Shown: positions 1-8,452, counted from the first letter of the stretch. The stretch: 9,003 nt of DNA from Zygnema circumcarinatum SAG 698-1b (GCA_037447605.1 JBBHKD010000059.1:1-9003); one strand, 5' to 3'. Translations and numbers: made by a program. The notes: generated from the sequence alone by a model not told the origin.

Positions 1-990
1 CACCTCAATCAAGCCCTCCTCGCGACCAACTCAGGTACATAATGATGCGCACCCGAATGTGCTTGGTCCTCTTATGGAACCACTTAGGGGTTTCCCTGAA
101 CTGTCCGGCGATTGATTGTCGGTAAACAAGGTAATCGGTCGTTGGTCCCTCTTGCATTCATCAAAGAATTGCATGAACCACACTCTTTCCTTCGAAGCAT
201 GACAAGCACCCATGTACTCGCCCGTGCTTGATAAGCCAGTCACGCAACTTGGAACTCCGATAAGCTCACTCCTCCATTCAATTAAGCAGACGAAGTCGAG
301 CGTGGCGTATGCGACATCTCCTCCCAATGCGAGTGCAGCCGCCAGCGATATCTTGTTTGGCCCCTCTCATCCACCTCATTCCATGTCCGAAGTCCCCTTC
401 ACATATCGTCCTCTTTTACCGACTCCCAATGCTCTGGGGCGGATTCTCCATGAACCGACTGGTAGAGCTCACTGCTTCGCGAGTCGGACGCGTTCCGATC
501 ATCAAGTACATTAGACTCCCAATCGCGGATCTGTATGGCACTCCGAACATCTTCTGTGCCTCCGCATCTGACAAAGGTGACATCTCTTCGAAAGCCTAGT
601 GCCGATCTCCATGGGGCTGGTACGGCCTATCCTCCATTCGAAATCCGAGGGCAGAAGCACATGCAGAGAGAGCATACTTCCTTTTGACATAGAAACAAGC
701 TTCCATCCACGCCCTCTCCTTGTTGCATTCCGGTTGAATCTTTAGCGCCCCTCCCCGGTCGACATTTTGAAATTTTGCTGTACTTGATTTGTAGTCGATT
801 CTTTCAAGAGGAGGAGGCTCACCATGATGAAAGAGATGGAAGCCGACATAGATCCCTCTGGTGCCTTGATGCGCCTCTTTCTCCTTCATTTTGCTTGAAT
901 TGATACGTAAACCCGAGCAAAAGTCATTCCTCTCAAAGATCGTCGATCTCTTTTTCGTACCACACTTCTCGTACGCCCCGAAGCCACATC
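1..990 (-). pseudogene. pol: Ty1/copia pol fragment, copy A: C-terminal half of RT plus RNase H, frameshifted, runs off the window edge
   Basis: Minus-strand translation across frameshifts gives WYEK-IDDL (~960), a garbled YVDD region (~840-855), QKMFGVPYRSAIGSLMYLMIGTRP (~485-560), GGDV (~320), EYMGACHASKERVWFMQFF..PITLFTDNQS (ORF 31..327) and KRTKHIRV (51-73). These are recognisable copia RT/RNase H motifs. The segment is homologous to the reverse complement of ~2040-3030. Confidence 0.93.
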
Positions 991-999
991 ACCGAGTGC

Positions 1000-1165
1000 A
1001 GTGCAGAGTGCAGCGCACTCACCGGCGCCACTCACGTGAGAACACCGACATTCCTAAAATCTAAAAACGCACTCGCCCTAGCGGATCTCATGTTCTACAA
1101 AAGCTGAGTACCACAACAAGTTAGTGTGTGCCATACAATATCCCAACTATCATACACTAACACTA
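1000..1165 (-). repeat. LTR 5'-end fragment (~165 bp) of the copia family
   Basis: The reverse complement TAGTGTTAGTGTATGATAGTTGGGATATTGTATGGCACACACTAACTTGTTGTGGTACTCAG... closely matches 3052-3210 and starts at the same TGTTAG boundary. Confidence 0.85.
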
Positions 1166-1169
1166 GCTG

Positions 1170-1845
1170 CTTGGCGAGGCACGAGGCAGAATCACGCGGG
1201 ACTTCTGATAGTCTAATGTAGTTTATCCTTCGCCGCCAATTTAAACCCTATATATACGATATGGCGGTGTTGCGTGACATCTTCCTTGTTGACCTATGTC
1301 GTCGGCCGCCCTCCTGAATTGGCCCGGCAGTGCAGCGTTCAACATCCGGCTTTGCGGTCTTTAAGTAAACCTCGCCCGGCCACCGACCTGGTCGAATGCG
1401 TCCGTCTTGTTCCGCCGCCCATCCCCGAACTTATGCCGTCCGTTCGGTAGCGAACTTCCGCCCGCCCGTCCGATGCCAGCGTCCAGCCGCCCGTAGCTGT
1501 ATTCGTTCGCTGGCCTTAGCGAGTACACATTAAGCGCCGTCCAGCGGTAATCTCCGTCGTCGCATTTCAGCGTAGATTCACACTTGTCGCGTACGTGGGC
1601 TGTGACCGGTCTCCTCCGTGATTGACCTTGTCGGTCATGGACGCACTAAGGAATGCGGCTTGGCGGTTACGCGGCATCCACCCGGCATCCGCAAGCAGAA
1701 AGCGTACGAGGCCACCCGACATTTTGGCCGACCGTATTTCACACAGGAACACTACTAGCCCGGATCTCACATGTTTCCCAAGCGGGGACCACAACAATGT
1801 TGAGTGTGAACCCGTACAGTAATACAGCTTATAGCACACTAACCA
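1170..1845 (-). repeat. Strongly diverged LTR fragment (about the first 700 bp of the LTR)
   Basis: 1750-1845 is a degenerate direct repeat of 1070-1165 (CGGATCTCA..TGTT...ACCACAACAA..GTT.AGTGTG...CACTAAC). Further patches on the minus strand (CCAGGTCGG..GCC...AGGTTTAC; GTCACG..ACA..CGCCATAT..TATATAG; CTGC.T.GTGC.TC) match the LTR copies at 3500-3770 (+) and 8350-8570 (-) in colinear order. Confidence 0.65.
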
Positions 1846-1849
1846 CCCC

Positions 1850-3047
1850 AGCTTTACTTGAGAGCCTTGATTTCCATTGCGGTGAAGGAGTGCACTTCCA
1901 TCAATTGTTGGACATCAAGGCGGCATTTTGTATGGTGATCTCCGCGCGGGAAGAGATTTACATGGAGCCGAGGAGGGTGGTGGGGAGGGCACTAGTACTT
2001 CGAGCTGGTAGAAGAGCACAATGCTGACTTGAAGCGGCGTAGAGTGTGGTACGAAAAGATTGACGATCTTTTGAGGAGGAATGACTTTGCTCGGTTTGAG
2101 ACAGATCATTCAGTGTACCGTCAAGGAGAGGGGGCAGACATCATGTTCGTTGGGATCTATGTCGACGATCTCATCATGGTGAGCCTCTCCCTTGAAAGGA
2201 TCAGATCTTTGAAGGAATTGCTACAGGCAAATTTGAAAATGTCAGTCGGGAGAGCCGCGATATCTGGCAGAATCTGGTGGCGAAGGCGAGGATGGAAGCT
2301 TGTTTACATGTCAAAGGTATGCTTGAGGATGTGCTTGCCCGTTTTCGAATGGAGGATTCTAGGCCATGCTCCAGCCCCATGGAGGTAGGCACTAGGCTAT
2401 CGAAGGAGATTTCACCTTCGACAGATGCGAAGGCACAGAAGATGTTCGGAGTGCCGTATAGATCCGCGATTGAGAGTCTAATGTACTTGATGATTGGAAC
2501 GCGTCCGGACTTGGCGAAAGCGGTGAGCTCGGCCAGCCGATTCATGGAGAATCCAGGGCCTCCCGAGCATTGGGAGGCGTGAAAGAGGATTTTCAAATAT
2601 GTGAAGGGGCGGCTGGGTCACGGAATCAGGTATGAGAGGGGCCAACCAAATGATTGGCTATCTGAGACTGAATTGGGGAGGGAGATATGCGATACGTCCG
2701 CGCTTCGGCACCCGGGTTTTACCGTTTACCTGAATGGGGAGGGAGGAGCGATTTCGTGGAGATCAAGGATTCTTGGCGAGGACTTCGGTGGCGTTATGTC
2801 GAACCCGCGGGAGGCGGTATAGGTGCTTATTAGGTGCCGAAGGAAGAGGTGTGGTTAAATGCGATTCTTTGAAGAATGCAAGGACCAACGACCGATTACC
2901 TTGTTCACCAGACAATCCAGTAAGTGATTGCCCTGGTGGGAAACCACATTGTTCCCACAAGAGGACCAAGCACATTCGGGTGCAGTACCATTATGTACGG
3001 GAGTTGGTCGAGGAGGGCTTGATTGAGGTGAAGTTCGTAGGCACCAT
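1850..3047 (+). pseudogene. pol: Ty1/copia pol fragment, copy B: RT core to near the end of RNase H, frameshifted
   Basis: LRALISIA..HQL-DIKAAF..GDL..EEIYME (1855-1970); WYEKIDDLLR...GIYVDDLIMVS (YVDD at 2158-2169); VLARFRMEDSRPCSSPME...VPYRSAIESLMYLMIGTRPDLAKAVSSASRFMENP..EHWEA (ORF 2277..2582); NG-GGAISWRS (~2730-2765); HKRTKHIRVQYHYVRELVEEGLIEVKFVGT (2956-3045). Confidence 0.95.
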
Positions 3048-3048
3048 G

Positions 3049-4080
3049 TGTTAGTGTTAGTGTATGATAGTTAGACATTGTATGGCACACACTAACTTGT
3101 TGTGGTACTCAGTTTGTAGAACATGAGATCTGCTAGGCGTAGTGCTCTTAGATTTAGGAATATGGGTGCTTTCGACTCAGGTGAGTCTTGTGCGAGAGTG
3201 CAGCAGTCTGACGGCCGGTATTGGGCCAGCGACGGCCGACACGTAATGCTTATGGAGAGCGGACGCGCAACTTTTGACAGTCGGTAGCGACGTGATTACG
3301 CCAATGCGGACGGCCTTGGCTTTGATTGGTGGCGGCGGAAGCAGCCGGAGGCGCAAAGTTGCGGCCTTGAGCGTGACATAGAAGTGTTATTTGGCGGCGA
3401 ACTTCCAGGAATGCGCCCAGCGTGGACCCACTACGCAATGTGGGTCATGAGTTGAGTGTCTTGACGGTGTGTGAGGCGGCCGGGAAGGGCGGTGGCGGCG
3501 TCTTATGCGGACGGGTGTGCAGGCCGACAAGAGCCCAGGCGGCTGGCGTGTAGGTTTTCACGAGGCCCCCTGGCCGGTAGCCGATTGACATTCTGTGATT
3601 GCGCCACCGGACTTCGGTGCATGGGTTTTGCAATGGCGGACGCGGCGTGACATGTGTGTCGATCGCGGTTTCATATTATTAGTGCATAGTTTTATTATGG
3701 GGAAGTAACCCACCCACACACTACTTTGTCATAGTCACCGGGGTCTTGATACGTACTGCTTTCAGTCTTTATTTGGGGTGCACACTTATGCAGGTGAGGT
3801 GGTGAGTGAGAGGGACCTTGAAGTAGTGGGAGAACTCATTTGTGGGAAGAGCAGGTTTTATTATAGGAGTTTTAGAAGTAGTGAGCTTTCTCTTTAACAC
3901 TCTCTCATTGTGATTTCAGTTGTGCTTGTCTTGTAGCTTCATTACATTTGTTATGGAGATGAGTGAAGTAAGATAGAGGCTTTTGAGAATTGTTTGAATA
4001 ATGTCTTCATCGTAAATTCAGAAGGTTCCAATGGGCGACACCGGTGGCGCGGAAGTGAAAGGAGCAAACCCGACCCCAGC
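3049..4080 (+). repeat. Near-complete LTR (~1.03 kb) of the copia family
   Basis: Starts TGTTAG (3049 or 3055), a boundary shared with two other copies. 3495-4080 is colinear with the reverse complement of 8054-8610, the LTR next to the PBS. TGTT...AACA termini are implied by the 8054 copy ending TTCAACA. The 3' end here is degenerate (GCAAACCCGACCCCAGC vs GCAGACCCCGCTTCAACA). Confidence 0.82.
3859..3866 (+). promoter_or_regulatory. Putative LTR TATA box
   Basis: TATTATAG followed ~25 nt later by a CT-rich tract (CTTTCTCTTTAACACTCTCTCA). The same arrangement is conserved in the other LTR copy at 8259-8266 (-). Confidence 0.45.
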
Positions 4081-5250
4081 CCGGTGTCCGCACGTCACCT
4101 CCCCAATGCAGTGGGTGTATCCGATCACTCTGAGTAAACCCCCTCTCAAACTGTGGAAGGCGTAATCCAGGTCCCTTTCCGCGAATCACGAAGATCCAGC
4201 TTCCGCGGCCTCCCAATGTTCAGGACGGGATTCTCCATGAGCAGGCACTTATTTGAGCTCGCGGCTTTAGCCAAGTCGAGATTAATTTTGTCATCGAATG
4301 CGGTAAACTCGATTTGTCGGCGCGGCACTCCGTGCATTCTGCAGCCCTTTCAAAAACTTCATGCGCTGGGCATCATCTTTTCGCTGACAATCGTTCACGA
4401 TCTCCATCGAACTCGAGCAAGGACGGCACTCCTCCATTTTGAACCTGGCAAGTACATCTGCGGCGTACTTCTTCTAACAAAGAAATAAGCTGCCGTCCTG
4501 CCCCCTCTTCAGCTGCATCCCTAACAGATACTGCGCTTCCCCTAGATCCGACATCTTGAAGTTAGCCTGGAGCAGCTGTTTCAAATCATTGATTCTCTCC
4601 AATGAGAGGCTCACCATTATGAGGTCGTCCACGTAGATCCCAACGTACATGAGATCCGCCTCTTCTCCTTGTCGGTACACGGAATGATCCGTCTCGAATC
4701 GCGCAAATCCGTTACTCCTCAAGAGGTCATCAATTTTCTCGTACCAAATCCTGGGCGCCTGTTTCAGTCCGTACAGACTTTTCACAAGTCGACAAACGAG
4801 ATGCTCTTGCCCCGGGACAACTTTCCCTTCAGGCTGTACCATGTAGATCTCCTCAGCGAGATCTCCGTACAGAAACGCGGTCTTGATATCGAGTTGATGT
4901 ACGTGCATCCCCTCGGCGGCTGCAATGTCGATATTAGAGACGCGGAGGGGTTGAACTTCCTGCGGGGCGAAGGTCTCGTGTGGTCGATTCCAGAGTACCT
5001 TTGAAACCCTTATGCACCCGGGCCGGCTTTGTAGCGATTAGAAGCAAAGTCGTAGCACCGGCTTCACCTTGAACACCCGCCTTGCATCCGTGGCCCGCCT
5101 TCCCTCGGCCACGACTCCTCAAGTGCATGCGTCGCGGTTCTGCTCCAGCAAAAGCTGCATCCCATTAAATTTTGTCGATTAACGCTCGCCACTTCTCTCC
5201 ATCGACCTGCGTCGATGCGCCCTCCTCAAAGGTTTTGATTCGGTGATCTT
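4081..5250 (-). pseudogene. pol: Reverse transcriptase and first codons of RNase H of copy C
   Basis: (P)KTFEEA (~5220-5245), GCK.VFKVK (~5065-5090), RYKA..V.KGF (~5000-5035), ETFAP (~4970). ORF 4474..4908 is clean: MHVHQLDIKTAFLYGDLAEEIYMVQPEG...SLYGLKQAPRIWYEKID...YVDD (4624-4635). A premature TAG at 4474-4476 probably derives from CAG. Downstream: KKYAADVLARFKMEECRPCSS, MENP..HWEA and IGYT..WGGDV (~4085-4125). Confidence 0.96.
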
Positions 5251-5794
5251 AAAGCGATGGGCGACTCCCTGAGGTCGTGAGATGCGTGAGCACTCTTTTC
5301 ACGTACTGGGTTGATACTGCGAAGGCTTTGTGATCGGGCCTCCTCACCCGCGCGGGTGCTCCTCGAGGTCCTTGCGCTCTCCGGCTCATTATTTGAAGAA
5401 AATCCCAGGACAAACCGGGAGGCATGCTTCGACAACATAGCCTCTTTCTCGGCCGTCTCAAATCCTGAGACTCTGCCCATGCAAAGAATGCAGTTTAGAG
5501 CGGGGATTCTCCTCGTCGGACGGTGAAGGGTAATGTAGTAGATGCTTGCGTCTCGCGTCGGCGGTTTAAGCGGCTCCCCGCTAAAATCCTTTCAGGTTCG
5601 CTCCCACGGCCACGCCTCCACGCGTTGGCGTTGCCAGAACTCCATCCCTCGCTCTACGGCGTCTTTACGATCTCCTCTGAAATTTGGGACTGAAAGCGTC
5701 CACTGCCCTCTTATTTGGTCTCCACATCCTGCGTACACAATTTCCAAACGCCTTTGATTAGCGAGGTCTCACCCTAACCGATCACCGCCCCCCT

Positions 5795-6660
5795 TCTCAT
5801 CCATAAATAGCGTCTCTCGAGCTCACGCGCCGTTTGCTCGAGGTTTCCCGCAGGGCGAAGGTGCTTGCTTATTTATGGCCAGAAGGTACGCTTCCACCCG
5901 GCTTGAGGGTCTACGGGTTTCTCGCCGCCTAAAGCTTTTGGCCTTTATCGACGGCGCTCGAGAGTCTTCGGTGGGACGAGTGGGTTTCCTCCACTCCGCA
6001 CCTCTTGAGGAACTGATCCTTAAACACGAAGATGGGCATCTATTTCTAAAAGGTAAAGTTGCGGTCATCACCGCCCTCTCCCAAAAAGATCTTGCGAAGG
6101 GGAAATCTGCTCTGACATGGTTGGGTATGGCTCACGATACTATTGACCCTACGGCGGCTCCATTACTTTGGGGAGTAAGGGCGGAAAATTCATGCCTGCC
6201 TTAAGGCCTTCGGTACCGCCCGAACTCCTTGCGACTTGAATTCCCCTCCCGTTAATGCGGCGCGGCGTCTTCCGGTTCTGACGGCTTTCTCTACGCTCAT
6301 CTAAAGTCTGCCAATCTCACGAAGCTCCGAAAGCAGGACTTGTATGAGGTACTACAAATTTTCCTGAAAAATCATCAAAAGGAAGGTGATGAAGTAGCGA
6401 GCTCCTCCACTTCGTTGCGGTGTCGCGGGGCCACACAAATCGGTATGTACCAATTCTAGTTTCTCACAGCGCGTGGCTCTCTCACTCCTCGAAAAGAGGG
6501 TCACCGATCGCCCTTCCCCTACACACACTCTTTGCAAAAAGCCTAGCTCCTTCTCGAAAACTATGTCAGCTGCTATCTAACCGGACCAGCCCCTTGCGGC
6601 AAGGCTACATTGCCGATCCCCATAGTTTTAGATATTATTAAGTCTCACGATGCCAGAATT
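5795..6660 (-). pseudogene. pol: GAG-pre-integrase and integrase core of copy C
   Basis: WHR (6647-6655) and CKEC (~6523-6535) are remnants of the zinc-binding region. LELVHTDLCGP...SGGARYFITF (ORF 6352..6537), GEF (6238-6246), TPQSNGAA (6153-6176), FWERAVMTAT..L.NRCPS and SRD-AIFMDE (~5797-5820) follow in order. Confidence 0.92.
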
Positions 6661-6699
6661 TCTTGCACCCTCGAGTTACAGCCATCACACCCTCATCTT

Positions 6700-7095
6700 C
6701 TTCTCTCCACATAATGAAGGTAGTATAGGCCTCCATCTACGTGCCCCTCAGCGGCCGCTTCCCGACTCCAAGTGAGTAGGCTGCATAAGACTTCTCCCTT
6801 AAGGTGACTTGGTACCCCCCTCTTACATACTTGGTGGCCCGACATGAGGATTACGTTTGGTCGGGGGGGTGTGAAGTCGTCACCGATGCACAACCCGCTC
6901 TTCTCTTCTTCGCCGAAGATGGCAGGCGGCGTCACGAGATCATCTTTATTTTCCTCCCGCTTTTATGCTTGTCACTCCCTCTCGGTTTGCCGAGTGAGCA
7001 GTCTGGTCCTCTCCAAAGGTATGTCGGCGTAAAGAGGCATTGGCAATGCGCCACACATGTGCGTTAGGCGCCCGATCCCGATCACGACCATGGCC
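6700..7095 (-). pseudogene. Copia aspartic protease region of copy C (degenerate)
   Basis: Minus strand TGG...TCG GGC GCC T-A ACG CAC ATG TGT reads W..(D)SGA(S)THMC with a 1-nt deletion (~7050-7092). GGLYYL occurs at ~6715-6735 in the expected position before the pre-integrase region. Confidence 0.7.
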
Positions 7096-7249
7096 GCCCG
7101 GATCCGCCAACCTGGATCTTAACAAAATCAGAATGTTAGGTCGGCCATGAGATTGATGCTCCACCGCCCACTCTGCAATCTATTGCTCTTGTGGCCTCGC
7201 TTCTTGCATTTGAAGCAGATTCCCTTGAATCCCTTCTTGACGGATGACG

Positions 7250-8034
7250 ATGCTCCCCCACCCCGATCTTGGGTGTTCTTGTTCTTGTAACAGTCGGCCG
7301 AGAAGAGGCCCGTCTTGCCGCACGTGTAACACGCACCCGTAGGGCGTTCCCCACGGTCTGCCCTCGGCGCACCTCCTCTTCGAACTTATGCGTGAGTGCG
7401 GCGCAACGCAGCCTTCTCCACCGGTGCCCCTAGCGTCTTGGACAGTGTTCTCCTCCTTGATCTCGTTTCACTTGCTCAAAGGGTCATCCGCGGTGTTGTT
7501 AAACGGTCTAAGAGCTACAGCGCTACATCGAATCGGCTGGCAGTCCCCCTAGAAGCCTGGCTGATTTTATGGTCTCCCTCTAACGGTTTGGTATGGAATC
7601 TACTCCATTAAAATTATCAAAATCGACCATATATTCCCTTTCGGCTTCTCTTAGGGGACATGCTTTCACATTTTTCCCAAGCTGCGTGTAAGGCTGATAT
7701 GGATTCGTTGCTCTTTACGTCATACATCTCCTCTATCTCCACATAGCACATGTGAGTCTTAGGTCATCACGGCATGGAAGGGACTTCCCCCTCGCGCTCA
7801 TGGCCCGATGCTGGGTGAAGGTACTGGTGGCGAGGGTCCTCCATCCTGGCCGGCTGGTATGAACTCCGACTGCTGTCCGCGTGGCTCCCCTCGGCTGCAC
7901 GATTGCCTTGATGGTCGTCGCGGCACCCCAACTGACCCGCGCCCCACTAAGCCGAAAGACGTATATCTCACCCCTTGTGGTCCAAACCATCGAGCGGTGG
8001 GATCTTTGAACTTCACGTGGTCCTCCTGCGCCAC
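7250..8034 (-). pseudogene. gag: gag of copy C with a CCHC-type zinc knuckle (His replaced by Leu)
   Basis: In-frame GTG GCG CAG GAG at 8034 directly after the PBS. The N-terminus resembles copia Gag (KIPPLDG...W..R..A...WGA), with ARLLGGLP at ~7540-7562. The knuckle CYTCGKTGLFSADC at 7290-7331 is CX2CX4(L)X4C, with CTC at 7305-7307 in place of CAC. Confidence 0.82.
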
Positions 8035-8038
8035 CTTG

Positions 8039-8051
8039 GGCTCTGATACCA
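8039..8051 (-). promoter_or_regulatory. Primer-binding site complementary to the 3' end of plant initiator tRNA-Met
   Basis: TGGTATCAGAGCC lies 2 nt (AG) downstream of the LTR end ...TTCAACA. It is the canonical plant copia PBS. Confidence 0.95.
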
Positions 8052-8258
8052 CTTGTTGAAGCGGGGTCTGCCCCCCACTTCAACCACCTCCGGTGTCGCC
8101 CTCCATTGAACTTGGGTTCCCCACCCGGATGAAGACATTCAAACCTCAAAGCTCTATCTTACTTCACTCATCGCCCATAACAGAATGAAGCTACGAATAA
8201 GCATGGCCAAATCCTGTGAGAGAGTGTTGGGAGAAGAAGCTCGCGGCTCTAAAACTCC

Positions 8259-8266
8259 TTATAATA
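8259..8266 (-). promoter_or_regulatory. Putative LTR TATA box
   Basis: TATTATAA in the element sense, followed by a pyrimidine tract CTTCTTCTCCCAACACTCTCTCA. It is positionally conserved with 3859-3866. Confidence 0.45.
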
Positions 8267-8452
8267 AAACTGTCTTCCCACAATGAAGTTCTCCCACCAC
8301 TTCAAGGTCCCTCTTACTCACTACCTCACGACACAAGTGTAGGCAGCCTAGGAGCACAAGCAGGTTCTGAGTAAGACCCGAGACTATGACAGAGTAGTGT
8401 AGGTGGATTGCTTCCCATAGTAAAACTACGCACTATATAATATGGCGTCTGT

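Larger units (their letters stand above)
1..3030. repeat. Long imperfect inverted repeat: arms 1-990 and ~2040-3030, spacer ~1.05 kb of LTR fragments plus RT N-terminal part
   Basis: The arms align end to end as reverse complements (e.g. 121-180 vs 2853-2910; 430-620 vs 2370-2560). By eye they are roughly 85-90% identical in clean patches and much lower in garbled ones. Confidence 0.9.

Noticed and set aside
1243-1250. AAACCCTA telomere-like / telo-box unit next to TATATA
   Set aside because: It is a single unit inside a garbled LTR copy and is absent from the homologous positions of the other two LTRs.
1-3030. Simple fold-back (template/complement) read artefact as the cause of the inverted repeat
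   Set aside because: The spacer is not self-complementary about the centre (~1515), and the arms differ at multiple synonymous positions. Accurate reads are still needed to exclude it formally.
1845-4081. Autointegration product of a single retrotransposon cDNA or extrachromosomal circle
   Set aside because: The junction geometries fit, but the joined pieces come from synonymously diverged copies and the target sites differ at each end with no shared TSD. It is retained only as an alternative in the findings.
309-4488. Homologous antisense ORFs over RT in all three copies (309..599 +, 2201..2596 -, 4153..4488 +; shared GFSM.R..EL.A), suggesting a conserved antisense protein
   Set aside because: They sit in the register where each antisense codon spans sense positions 3,1,2. 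A stop then needs a Tyr, His or Gln codon preceded by a particular pyrimidine, so long shadow frames are expected. Their similarity is a by-product of RT conservation.
5226-5757. Several 70-84 aa ORFs between integrase and RT as a possible extra gene
   Set aside because: The ~550 bp interval is a normal-sized, low-complexity copia IN-RT linker broken by frameshifts. There are no domain motifs.
5875-6204. 109-aa + strand ORF antisense to the integrase core
   Set aside because: It has the same stop-poor shadow register (PLLWGV is the reverse of TPQSNG), no recognisable domain and no independent start context.
8025-8034. GTGGCGCAG (minus strand) matches the 5' part of tRNA-iMet just after the PBS
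   Set aside because: It is the same sense as the tRNA, not complementary, only 9 nt long, and explained as the first gag codons. There is no cloverleaf, so no tRNA gene.
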